Shown here in pieces: positions 1 through 13,110 of a DNA stretch of 64,000 nt. The position numbers and the translations under genes were made by a program. This DNA is from Phoronis australis (Eukaryota; Animalia; Phoronida), in assembly GCA_002633005.1 (NCBI GenBank), contig NMRA01000020.1, positions 459,621 to 523,620 of the forward strand, in the 5' to 3' direction. Numbering within the stretch: the first letter of the stretch is position 1; each line of letters begins with the position of its first letter. A model generated the notes under the pieces. That model did not search any database. It saw nothing but the letters and a program-made list of their open reading frames with translations, and was not told where the DNA came from.

Positions 1-3000
1 GTTGCTTTTTGTTAATAGTTTTATTTTAAGCTCAGCAATTGTAAATTGCATTCAGCTGTGGTAGCTAATAAATAGTCTTCGAAGTTGTAATATTAAAATT
101 TAAAAAATGTTTGTAAATAACAGTCAGCAAGGCTTCTCCGCGCGTGAGCACTGATGAGCCTGAGACAACACAGGTAGACAGTCTCGCCACGTTTCTGGAG
201 ATGGGACTCGTCTCCGTTTGAATGAACGTGGATATTGGAATTCGCCGCCGGAGATGGGTCCGTTTAAGAAGTTGCTTGCATGTCTCACGTGCAGTTGCGA
301 CACCCAGTTTGTTCCTCATAACCTTGTCACCACTTTTTGGAATTCCGGCATTGCTTGGTATGCGCACGTTTGGTTGCTTTAAATGCTTTGCAGACGATAA
401 ATGTACGGCGTATGGATTTGTACTTTGCACTACTTTGTGATTCGCCCATGTAATGTCAAAAAATTACGTACTGGGTGATATTAACCAGTCGTGTCGTAAC
501 TCATTCCACGTCATGTTGCGTACAAATATTAGTGCGTTGTCGCATATGTTACAATTTTTATGTAACTGGTACTACACATGAGTGACGAAAAAACTTTCTG
601 TTTATGTTAGCGTTTTACCCAGACACTGTCAGCGAACTAGGTTATTTTCACAAGCAGTTGGTTCGTCATACCTCTCCTACGGGGCCCATTGTGTTAAGTC
701 GGCCCTAAAAGGATTACGTCTAAGGAATAACATGACGAAATTACAACTTTTTCATTGTAGCTCCCAACACCAAATGGGTCCCTCTTAATCGTGCTTACTC
801 TCTAACACATGTTCACATTAAAGGCGCAAACGCTAGCAATTGACCTTTCGCCAGGATTTTGAGTGACGGTTTAACTGACCAATCAGAACGCAGCATTCTT
901 GACACCCCTTGGTTTCCAAGCTGCCGTTTTACCCGACAAACAACACGTTGTCGGGTAAAATTTATTGTTTGTTTGTCGACTTCTCGCAAGGCGGCGGAGC
1001 TTGCGATAGTCAAGTTCACTAGCTAAAACGCTAGATTTTTAGCCATTTTGTGAACCAGGTATGAAAATAAGATTAAGCTATAATGTACATCTAGCCGACT
1101 CTGTAATATCGCAGCGGTGCACCTTTAATGTAGTTGAGTTCTTCGCGAAGCAGGCACAGGCACACTGATAGGAACACGGGTTTAATTAACAATTAAGCAC
1201 GCCTGTTGAGCTATATGAATCGGCATCTCGCCCGCTTTTATCGGAAGTAACGGGGGCCGTCGGTGGCAGCGTGTGTCACTCACGACAGCAATAAGCCCTA
1301 CGCTAGTCTAGTGATCTGCCGAAATGAAGGAAATGAGTTGAAGGTCACCGTTGTGAGAAGAACAAATATCGACTGAGAATGAAAGGCCTTTTCGCATGTG
1401 GAATAAACATTTGCCACTGTTGGAATGTCACCAAGTTACCCGTGTGTGGTGTGTTCTGTCTAGTGTCAAATATCTTCGAGACAATTTGTGTTTCCATTTA
1501 GAGCTTGGTTAGGTTATTAAAAGTATTAATATGGCTTTAAGTGTCTAGAGCAGACCAACTGCAAACAACTCGTTAAAAAGATAGGTATGTACACCATTAC
1601 AAGATGTTTCTAAATATCAATCCCGATGCTTTATTTCTATGACAGTTATTTGCCAGCGTGTCGACCTGTCAAGTACCCTTGTGTTTTACCAAGTAGCAGC
1701 GTTTGAGCATGAATAGCAAGCCTAACAGTAATCGTATTTCCTCAGAAAGTTGCAATTAAAGGGTCATATTCTTCTTGTTAACCATTCAAAACGCAAATTA
1801 CAAACCAGTTTACTCAGCATCAAATAGAATGTCTCCAATCTTCCCATGCCTTCATAAAAATGATTTTCATCTCTAAATAGTCCATTCGAGTCATAAGTGG
1901 ACATGGCAATGTGTCGACAAGAAACCAGTTTTGTCTGGTTTGTCTAACCTTCCAAAACTGAGGTCTTTCTCATCAATCTTTCAAGTCATTTTATGGTAGA
2001 AACAAATGGCTATTATGGCAAGGAGATATTTAAGTCAAATTATTGGAGTTATTCAACCTATGTTGTAATCCCCGACCGCAAGTACGTGAAGAAAAGGGTA
2101 CGCCGTCGAATCATTGTGTTCTTTACGCTCAAGAGCAGATGCATGCAACGGACTAACGGCTACTTTTTCAAATGGTTTCACTATGAAAGTCGAGGCTTTT
2201 ACACATGCAAACACACACGCACATATACCAAAGTAGTCAACTTGTCACGTGATGTTTAGGGACCTGTGTACACTCCTGTGTTTTAATTTAGAAAAAAAAG
2301 TTTCATTTTCGTTTTCAAAAAGGTTTTTCGTCCACACGTATCGAGTTATCTTATCGTGTTTCGTGTTTCCCATTGACACGACAGCGCTAATACAACCAAA
2401 ATCTCTGATTACTCATAATTATTAACCTCGTAAATGTGCAATTAGCTGCGTTCCCATGTATTTAGAAATCCAGGGAATATTTCTGAAAAATTAACTGGAT
2501 AATTTCACAAACGTGTACTCAAGGATTTCCGATGATTGCTTGAATACCGATATATTGGTCACTCCTCTTAGCAGGCATTGGAAGAGGAAGCAAACAAGAC
2601 AATGCCGCGCATGCGTCAACAGCAGCGGTAACTTTATAATACAGATGCGTATGATACGAATGTTAAAGAGGCAAGGAACGCCAAAGCTCGTAAAAGTATC
2701 TTTTTAATGATTCCTGACAAAAGAAATACGCGCGAAGGAAAAACTCTATACTCACCACATTGTTTCTAATCTCCCTCCCACTTATGATAAATGTGCGCAT
2801 GCGCTCACAGTCATTCGACAAACAAGTCTCTGAGCAGATGGATATTAACGACTGATTATTATGTGTAATCGCACCCCGAATATGAGGTCGGCAGGACACT
2901 ATAAGGCAAGCCATTGGAGCAAGAAATTTCCAAAAATAATCCCAAGTGCAGTTGAGAGTACATTTGAATAGTACGAAACCTTTATAATTAATTTTAAACA

Positions 3001-6000
3001 GTTAGGTCTACATTGCCTCTTAATAGGACTGGCTGCTACTTGAAGTCGCCGTTGTTTTGTTTACATCAAAGGTCAAAGATCACATTTCCGTGTAAGGGAA
3101 ATTTGTTACGTCTATGTCTCCCCATACCAAATAAGGAGAAGTGTTTTGCTTTATGGGAGAAAAATCGACGAAGTGACGAGCAGTTGACAGCTCATTTTTT
3201 GAAATTAGAAACTATAAAAGAAATATGCTTTGACAACAACAGACATTCAAATTGTTTACGAACAAGCCGTTCTGTTTCAGTGGCAGAGATCCACTTTGAG
3301 TAATGCAATTTAGTCTGTTTTTCGCGTTCCGTGGCTCTTTAATTGAGCAAAAACGTGGTGATAGTACTCATGAATAAAATTTCCTGGTATTAGTCCAGGC
3401 AAATTTTGTGAAAATCAGAATATGGGTTTTAACCAGGTAAAATCGTGTCCCAATGTCAAGAGTTTTCCGTTTAAAATTTTAGCCAAAAACATAACTTAAT
3501 TTTCATTAAATTTCACCCGGAACGGCACCATTGTCCGTAGCGACAGGCGTAGTTGCTCTTCCAAATTAACAATATGGCGTTCCTATCGTTTATTTGAAAT
3601 TAATTGCAGTAAATCGCTTGGACTTCCCTTGATAGCCAGTCTACTTTGGCAACTGAAATCAACGTGACAAGTAACTTAAAGGTACCTTTTCGGTTTTGTG
3701 GCCGAAAACGCATTTTAGGTTTATTGTTGGAGGGGATACTCTGATGAAGGTATTTTGAAGTTATCAACTTTGACCAGGGTTATGAAACGATAAAATCCAC
3801 TGTGCTTTTGTGATTTTATAGCACATCACCATTTATCGTCGTTCTCTACGAAATACCCGACCGCCTTTTGCTGAAATCAAAACCGGCGACTTAATCAGTT
3901 AACTACACCGTTTATCAAATTTAGCTATTTCCGTTAGGATGCATTTGACTGTGACCGCGAAGATTCCGGTTTCGAATCCACGCTTTGACTGATCTAAAAA
4001 ATCACATTGTCGCCGATAATGGTACCTAACATACGCTAAAAATAATCTGCAAGTTACTGAATAGGATTTAGCTCTGGGAGTAGAGCGTTTGGCTGCCATC
4101 AGGGGATTACAGGTTCCGCGCTGAGACTGATCTAAGAAAATCACTTTTCTCTCCGATAATGTCCCTTCAAATGCACGCATTGATGTTTACGGTAACGTAA
4201 TAATTTTCTATTCTGATTAGTAATTACTTATCAAGGGAATCTAATACTTTGAAGTTTAGTCGACTTTTACCGCGATTTCTCCACGAAATTAAAGTCTGGA
4301 CGAAAGTGAAATAATGGAGAGTTAGGGACAAATAAAGGTGTTTTATGGAAACGTAATTCTCGCTTTATTAAGTGCGAGCGTGAAAAACAGATAAAAGTTG
4401 ACAGAACTCACGAACTCAAATTAAATTGTGAGATTGATGGCGGGGATTGGGAAAACACGTGCATGGCTTTTATAAATGTCGCATTTTATCTTGCAAAAAT
4501 GTGACCTTGAACTTGGAGACCACACCCATTTTTGCACCAATAATTATTTTAGCAAAATGTTTAAAAAATCTTGACTTACACACTTTGCTCAGCTGCTTAA
4601 AACATTCACATTTTAGTCGGTGTTCGCTGTGGCAATAATGGCGTCAAGTCCGTAGTATCAAAGACGGATCCATCTTTTTACGAAAGGGAGTCCAAGTAAA
4701 ATAGTTGGTTTTCTATATCACAAATGTTGAGTAGAAAACCAGTAATAAAATTTAGCGTCGTGACCTCTCTGTCCAGAAGTCTATGAAAAGATAGACCTCT
4801 ATTTCCCCATGGTTTTGTTTGACACTTTGTCGGGGGGTGGGGGCTCAGACCGCTGTATCCCTTCCCTGGATCTGCTTATGAGTACAGTACAAGGTCATGC
4901 CCGACCCGTCTTGAAAAATGTCCAAATTAATGAACGTCATATATGAGAAAAGGCGGATCGTGTGTAAAAAAACTTTCAGATAATGTGATTTATGCACTGT
5001 TCCCCAAGGAATTGTTTTTTAAATGTTCTACTTTTGCATGTGGGCGATCAGAAATAGAATGTTTAGGAATTTCATTATAAAATACTCTACAATTGCATAA
5101 AGCGAAAACAAAATGATATTTTAGAAAATTGTAACAGTGTTTCTGAGGTCTCATCTTAGGCGTTCATGTCAAATAGGACATTATCATGCTATCGATACTG
5201 TATTGTACTCTAAAGGAACCTTTCCTTTTGCTAAATTTTACTAAAACACGTGATCACGTAACCCAAATAATGATAGATTGGTAAAAAGTCAAAACTCGAC
5301 TTCTACATGTTTTTTACGTTCAGAAAATACAAACTTTTCCCCGAGTGGTAATGTATAGTTTTGGAGACAATTGGCTAAATACGAGGTCTTGAATTGTCAA
5401 TAAGGTCCTACGTAATATGATACGTAACATACTACATGATATCATACAAAATTAAAGTCTACGTGTTTGATGATTCTAAAACAAGCGCGCGACGTACTTC
5501 CGAATCGTAACGTCCTCCGTGACTTACGTACAATTATTGACTTTCACCGAGGTAAACATGTTGGTTTTCAAAAAAACAAAATGTGATGACCGAGGAGAAT
5601 ATGTCATCATCACAAGTTTTGGGATCTGAAAACCAGCACATTGGCACAATGTGAAAGCCAATAATTGTTTTATAATACAAAAATCTCCAAGTACTACATG
5701 GAAGGAGGTTGCGCTTTCGATTGCACGTCAATTACTTGCTCGGTCAATAAGCTAGCAGTTTTAAATCTAAAACCTCGAGGCAAGATTCTGAAAAAACTTC
5801 CAGGCGGTACTTGGGATGGAGAAGGAACTATCGATTGCAATTTAGGAAAGATGTCTGGGTATTAGCACCGGTGCTCAGGGTGCATGCTTTAATCTGCGCC
5901 AGTGACGTATATTGAAAGGCAATGAACATTTTTACTTTGGAAGGTACACCTTTTATGCAATAGCGTGATGGAGGGAACAGTCAGTCACCGAGTGGTTCAA

Positions 6001-6836
6001 ACGTGACGTAAAAATCCGGATGACTTAAATTGGCTTAAAAAACACTCGATTTCGGTGACGTGCTGAGGAAACGGTAAAGAAGTGCCTTGCGAACGTCCCG
6101 TAATCGAGTCACGATGGGATTTCCTTACTTTTCAGAGTTTTTGAAAGGATTTAAATTTGTGTTACTATAGCAACTGTCAATAAGGTGGTACGAGCGGCCA
6201 GTGTTGCTGCTGGTGGCTGTTAATATTCTGTCCAAATCACAGGAGATATCAGAGCGTAAACCACGTTTGTTCAGTGACATTTTTGGGAATTTGAGCATGT
6301 TCTGACATGTGAAGCCATTCATAGGAAAATTGAGGAAGAGGGAGTAATTACAAGTATTTCTTTCTCCATGTATCGATCACTAAAACAATTTAACTGAAGA
6401 GTGAAACCAAACCATCGAAACGTCATGTAGACTATTAAATGTACTATTCATGACTACGAGGTGAATGGCATTTTATGATTTACTAATTAACGATCGAATA
6501 TTTAATATCTTGCCTCATTTGACACACTATAGGTTGAAATGCTGTTATTCAGTATTACAACGATTGCTGGATGCCGCAGTTTGACGACGATCACAACTAT
6601 TATTTCATGTACGTTGACAAAAAACAGGATATTACGGCAACTCATAACCGGCATGAAAATTCGTCTAATTATGTTTGTAACCCAATCCCCTTCATAGTTA
6701 GTTTGTACGCTTCCTTCTCACACATATTCGGGCAATCACATTTTGAGCAGTTTTAGTCCAAAATGCCAAATTAAGAATTGAGCTTACTGATGATATCAAT
6801 GCACGTTAATAAAGGTATGTTAACGCCATGCCTTAC

Positions 6837-7224
6837 CTTTGTCGAGATCCATGATGTCAAAAATTTGATGTGCCACCTTTTCCGCCTCTTCTCGATTCAC
6901 TAAACCGGACTGCCCGTCAGCTGGCGCCCAGTACTGATCTCCGAGCTCGCTCAATGAGCCTCGCTTTCCATAAGTTCCAGTGAACACGGACCATTTATGT
7001 CGTTTAGTTAGGAGTTCACGCGACTGGTCGTGGGCTTTGTCCAGATTTTTCACACCGATTTCAGGCACCGCCGTGGCTCTTTTTTTGTAGCTTTGTATAG
7101 ACGGAAATGTGGTAAGTCTTTTAACAGCTTCTCGTAAGTAGTTTTGCGGAGCGCTGTTGACACTCGCGATTATAGCGAGTCCAATAAAAAACAGAAAGCC
7201 TGATGTTACATGTAACGTCGTCAT
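6837..7224 (-). CDS. Main coding exon of a secreted neuropeptide/prohormone precursor (predicted HKWSVFTGTY-amide; EF-hand-like C-terminal region)
   Basis: ATG at 7224 (aaaaagATG). Hydrophobic signal peptide (FLFFIGLAIIASVNS/A), cleavage sites KR, KKR and KR, then KR-HKWSVFTGTY-G-KR. Acceptor ttatctttcAG at 7241-7240 lies 15 nt before the ATG. Donor AAAG|GTAAGG after 6837 falls in phase 1 within IFDIMDLDK. The downstream exon was not located in the window. Confidence 0.85.
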
Positions 7225-7476
7225 CTTTTTTCAAATGTTCTGAAAGATAATGCGTCATAAATCTACAGACTCATTAAACTAACCTTCCTGGCGATCCACC
7301 CGCTGCACCCATGCAAAAAGTGTCTATTGAAAGTAAGTGTATGTATGACTTATACGTGACCATTGACTTACTAGCAAGAACAATTCTACTTCAGAGCGCA
7401 ATTCCTCGTCCTAGGCAGCTTTGTACATATCTTATCTAACGTCAATGAGAATAGAATTAATATAAATCTTATTTAC

Positions 7477-7502
7477 CTCTCCCAAGTTAGGACCTGACCA
7501 CT
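7477..7502 (-). other. Putative short non-coding first exon of the neuropeptide gene
   Basis: Runs from an Inr-like TCAGT (7504-7500) to donor AG|GTAAAT (GT at 7476-7475). The resulting ~237-nt intron ends at the acceptor at 7241-7240. Confidence 0.6.
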
Positions 7503-7575
7503 GATTCCGCTGAAGAATTGCACCACCTCTTATAATTGTTCCAAGCCAATCAGCATCGACAGTTTCATGACGTCA
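7500..7575 (-). promoter_or_regulatory. Core promoter of the neuropeptide gene: CRE, CCAAT, TATA, Inr
   Basis: Palindromic TGACGTCA at 7568-7575; CCAAT at 7546-7550; minus-strand TATAAGAG starting at 7534, 32 nt upstream of the A of TCAGT (7502). Confidence 0.65.
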
Positions 7576-10500
7576 CTTACGGTAACGTAACCTAAGCGAG
7601 AGAGTTTGATGTCAGAACCTTCGTTAGAAAATAATCGTGCTATTTTAGAGATCCTACGGACACTGTCAACGCTCACGGAACTGTTAGCGAATAGCTAGCA
7701 TAATTACATCTGCGCTTATTGAAAACTATTAAAACGTAGTCGATAGTACAACGTAGTCTTCCTGCATCGATTCGGCCAATCGAGGATTTATGAGAACTAT
7801 TAGATGTGTTTGAGACTGAAACGCATGGCCTACAAAGCGTGTAACATACCACATTCAAGTGGTTCAACGTAATTCAACAAACATATCACGCGATTATTAA
7901 TCTGCTATGTCACAGAAACCAACTTCTGATTTCTGCGTTATGAAACTTGTGGTTAAAAGTGTTCCTTAGTTGAATTGTAAATAATCCCGAGGCTTCAAGA
8001 GAATTGACAAATCTTGACGTCAACCTCTCTAGTCATGTTGGCTTGCCATGGTGTGTCATTTTATTAACCGGGCATGGTCACAACGAATGAGCAGTCTACA
8101 GGTCTTTGTAAACTCACTCATGACTTCTCATCTGAGAAAGGGACAAGCTGAGACCAATTTTATAGCCACAAGTGGTCGTAATAAAAAATTTCGCTTCAGT
8201 TGGACACAGCACGAATTTATAGTTGCATCAATTCTTTATTGAAATTCTCCAAAGTTTCCGTTGCTTTGTAACACAAACTTGAACATGCATGAGTCTACTT
8301 ATGCAAAATTGTTGAGAACTCATATTTAACTGGTATTTTGTCTCCTGAGCTTGCTTAATGATGGGTTCTGCAGAGTAAATTTAAAACCCCTTTCAGCACC
8401 CCTTTTGGTTTTTGTTAGTTTTTCTTGCCTTTGTTGCTTGTATAACCTGATTATGTTTTGGGCGCTACGCATTGGAATAAAAAGGTCTAAAGAGGGGTGG
8501 GGGTTTAGGCACAAGTTTGTGGAGCGATTGGTTTGGTACTATACTTTTTATTAGGAAGGTTGTATTGAAATTTACGCAGTTGTTCTAGAGACCAAGTGAA
8601 GCTTAACAGTTGTTTCTGTGACCAGATACTAAACTGCAAAATCGTTGTATTTCGGTTTTTAACTTAATGTGTTTTCCGTACCCTCAAATTTCCCGTCGCA
8701 CCTTCGGAAAGGAACGTTTTCTGTGCAAATGCGGACTATTGTCATACGGCTGGTCATGTGACTTTCAACCTGATGGTTGATCGTATGACTGAAAATCGCA
8801 CATGCCGTGATTGAATTCGAGGATACGAAACTATAGTCGAGGTGTTCCGGATGATCCGAAATAGCCCCCACACAGGGCTCGTTATCTTCACGCCTCGTTA
8901 GGATACTGTATCACATTGGTAGATACTATGATATCAGTTAAGACCTTTTCCCCGTGGATTTTCAATAGGATGGGTTGAAATACGCATAGAGATGTCCACA
9001 AAGTGACTGCAGTTACCCCTTTACAACCTCGTGCAACAGAAATCAACCCATAATCCAATCGATGCATTAATTTAGATGCACCGAGCTGCAGTGTAACTTC
9101 TATCTGAAAATAAAATAATCCACAAGGGCAACGTAGTTTTAAGTCCCAAAAGTAAAGATGACAGTCACATACTTACAGTTAAGTGTAATTTATACTTAGG
9201 TAAGTGAGTCCATCTAGACGGCCTTTATCACCTTACTCTCGACTGACCTCGAGCTTGAACTTATTTTGGCATGTTCTGTTCTATCTTTCAATGAACTTCT
9301 AATAATTATATGTGATTGTATACTCGGGTGTAGTACAGTTTACACATATGAGTTTCTTGACCCGAGTTCACGGATGATGACTCCTGGATTCGAAATGCTA
9401 ATTCGAGATCACATTCAAGTCTTCGAGTTCAGATTAGACGTGCTGCGGTCATCAAGCACAAACTAGGATTAGACATTCATTTACAATGTTCGTAAACCAC
9501 AATATACACTTGATACTAGAGTAAGATTCAAACTGAAAAATCGAATAATTCATACTATTAAGATTGAGTTTGTAGTGGTTACACGCAGGCCATAGTCAGT
9601 CAGCCCACCGAAACCCGGGGCTGTTTCAGGCAGAACAATTTTGCTTCTGTTGTGATCTCTGCTGTCTTAGTGTATCATGTCGTTGAAACATTGAATCTTA
9701 AGCTATAAAAATTACTGATGACAATGATGGTCGTTGTTAGTTAATATGCATGCACGGGCCAGCGGAACACCCAGGGTATTTTCGCTCGCTGCATGGTTCC
9801 CTGCGAGCCGCTAAGTGGTCGGTAGATAGCACTCAGGAATTTTTTTACACCGGCTTTTCTGATTGGTTAATCAAATTCTCAACAGGCAGCGCTTTACACA
9901 AACATACTGGCATGACTGATGAAGCAAGTGTAAATGTGGTTTTGTTGTACAGACAATTCGGTGCTTAAAATTTGTGATATAATGCCTCTTGGCGCTTTCT
10001 GGGTTATGTATATTCATTGTATTCTGAAGAGTTCGTAATAAACATTAATAAACATTAATAAAAAAATTATGTTCAGGAAATCTGAATCTCAGAAATTGTG
10101 GTTGCGCCTTTTCGGAGTGCATCTTTCTACTGTCGATGACTTTTGTTTACGATACTGTCCTGTATTCATACAGTATGAATAACACCGCACCGGTTAAATC
10201 GGCCAGTTGTGTTTATTGCACATGTATGTGCTTCAAGCGCGCGGCTATTTAAACATTACTGCAGAAGCGAAATGGTTGCTGCTACGCCACTTGCATGACA
10301 AGGCTAAAAATCGTTCATAGCCCCGCCATTTTTTCACGTTGTTGTAAAGCTAACCAATGGCTGCCGAGGTTACACCAACCAATGCTAAAGCGCGTGCTAC
10401 TACGTGATACCTGCGTGCTGGCTAGGCACGTAGCCGGGAAGCAGCGAGGGTATTTCCGTAGCCTCAAATTCACTCTGAGAGGTGAACGCTCTCTGAGCAT

Positions 10501-11242
10501 GCGCAAACTTCAGTCCACACCCATTCCTTCTCCAGCATGTGTGATTTGACTATATAGTCCGCACGTGAGCAAATAACGTTCACATTCGAGTGTGTCATAC
10601 GGAACATTTAACTTCCGAGTATTTTCGTCATATGGTAGCCTCAATTCATCCCTCGGAGGCGTTTCATATCTGTTTCATATCTGCACATGTGCGAACTCCT
10701 ATCATTACAGCAAGTCATGTTACTCTCAAAATGGAGACTGTCATTCGCCGGGATACCCCTGTGATGGGCTTAAACAAGAGCTAAAAGTACATAAGAAGAC
10801 TCGATTGAAAATATCCGCCACGTAATACTTTCGATACCTGCTAAGCTGAATACATGAGGTTAATAGTTTCTTGACCAAATCCGCTTATTTTAATGATTGT
10901 CGTTCACACATGAGTAGATATGAAATACTTCTGAGGGATAATTTTAGGTTTCGACAATACCCGAGGTGTTTCGAGTGCTACGAGCGAAAATTTGAGGCTA
11001 CGCGGGGGTGGTTCGAATTTCTAAAACCATGGACCTGTGATATTTTGCAAACGTCGACACTGTAGAATTCTCGGTAAGGTCCTTGGCGCAGCTTAATTAG
11101 GCGGCTCTCACCTCTACGTTCCTGAGATAAGGCGAAATTGGTAATACCAGAAATCAAGATGCCGTAACTGTTGCTCGCAAAGAACGCAGCTCAAATTCCG
11201 ATGTAATGTGGCCCAGAAAGTATCGCGGGCTGTACCGGTGAG

Positions 11243-12065
11243 TGTCGCGCGTAATTACTGCTGAGATTTCGCTCGTTTTTTTACAACCGAAATTGTTATA
11301 TCCAATGAGAAATTGTTTTGTTGGTTACGTGAGCTTTGAATCAGTGATGCGCTCGTATTTTTGCACTCATTTTTCGTTCGTAGTTTTACGCTCTATTCTA
11401 CGCTCGTATTTTTGCTTTCAAGCTCGTATTTCTTTACACGTTATGAAGTATTCAGAAAGTAACATCTCAGCTGCAAAGTATATAAGTGCAAAGAGTTGAA
11501 AATATCAAAGACTTACTGAAATGTTTTTACTTGCTGCCCTAACCATCCCAGGCATTTGAAAGAGGTCCGTTTTAGTACATATTGTGGTGCCAAAATGTAT
11601 ATCTAGCAGGTTGTCTGACAATGCTTTGATATTACTATTAAAATAAAACATGATTTTTTCATTTATTGCGACAAACTTTAATTCTCTTACTCTGAACAAT
11701 GCGTGCACATGACATGTGACATTGCAAAAAACATTGATTCAAAACGGTTATAGGGGGTTATGTCGTAGACTTTCGAAATGCTGATGGTAAATCACTCACT
11801 CTTTATTCAAGACATTTGGATAACAAACCATATGCATAACAAAAACAATATCAACTGCGTATCAATTTAATGGGTGGTGATCTCGTGGAGTCGTACTTAA
11901 ATATAATGACTATATTTGAGTCGTTTTGAGTCGCACTTAAATATAATACAAGCGTAAAACTTCTCAAGTGACCTACAAACCAGTTTTTTATTGAATGTAG
12001 CGATTTCGGTCATAAAACACGAGCGAAATCTTGGTCGTGATTACGAGCGTAATTACGCGAGACAT
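11243..12065. mobile_element. MITE-like element with ~100-bp imperfect terminal inverted repeats
   Basis: tgtcgcgcgtaattac...gagatttcgctcgtttt...accgaaatt (11243-11335) is the imperfect reverse complement of ...atttcggt...acgagcgaaatctt...gtaattacgcgagaca (11960-12065). Confidence 0.55.
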
Positions 12066-12799
12066 GTAAGGTGCTAACATCGCTGGAGATGGGAACAACC
12101 CACTATTCCAAAGGTTCACTACTTTGAAGGTTCACAACTCCGAAGGTTTACTCACTCCAAAAATATCTACAATTTTGGAACCAAGTGTAATTTTTATACT
12201 TTTGAGAGCAAAATAAACTACACTTTTGGTTATTAGATGCACTCAGAGTTGTAGCTGTACTGACAACTCTTTATATGGATTTTATGCGCATACGAAATTG
12301 CCGACGTGCCTTAAGAATACGTAAAATGAGTACGTACTTACTTTCTAAAAGAGAATGAAGCAGAAATATTGATGAATTATCAACCACGAAACATTTGTCA
12401 AATCCGTGTCAAGGTCACAACATTTCACAGCGTGACTGAAAGGTTTAGGACCATTGCGCCTCAACCTAACCCACCGGAACCACGCGCATGGCCTTACCGA
12501 AACAAATGTAGTTACTAGGCTACCTTGTCCCTGCCAGTCTTCACAAAGTCAGAGAGTCTCATTCAGTCTTATAAAATTTAAAACCACTGTTCGTCGCCGC
12601 CGTCAGTCCTGTCCCTGCTTGGGAATCTTTACTTAGATTCAAGAATCCCTGTTGGCAAAATTGTAACTGAGATCATTTGTAAACAATGCAATCAATGTTT
12701 TAATAACTATTCAGCTCTTGCACACCCTTTATATGGTTACTAAATGGACACAAATACAAAACTTTATTCATGTCAGTTCCGACTCATTAGCAGACAATC

Positions 12800-13110
12800 A
12801 GAGTAATGAACTGTCAGAATTCTGGTTTCGGAATTGTGAACATTTTAAGTAAGGAACTTTCGATGGTAACGGACCTTCAGAGTAGTAAACCCTCGGAACA
12901 GTGGCATGTAACCTTAGAAACTTTCTCAATGAAGTTTGTTGCTCGTATGAAACCTGCGAGTCTGGGCACCATTGATACTGATTGGCAAGAGAAGACTTAA
13001 GTCATTGACCAAAGTTTTTATTAGGCCGGCCGGTCTAGAGCTGCAAGAGCTACGTTTCTCTAATAATGTGAACGTGCTTGTCGGGGATTTCTCAACGCAA
13101 GAAAACATGG
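12800..13110 (+). mobile_element. Possible highly degenerate LINE APE-endonuclease remnant
   Basis: Fragments VFIRPA and VLVGDFS resemble the APE motifs VYRPP and ILVGDFN. Frameshifted and weak. Confidence 0.3.

Noticed and set aside
65-430. 121-aa minus-strand ORF
   Set aside because: Non-ATG start, no recognisable domain and no clear splice signals.
3600-5640. Candidate downstream exons for the neuropeptide gene (acceptors near 5627, 4911, 4133, 3994, 3654)
   Set aside because: None of the phase-1 translations completes an EF-hand loop or looks conserved, and some lie in repeats.
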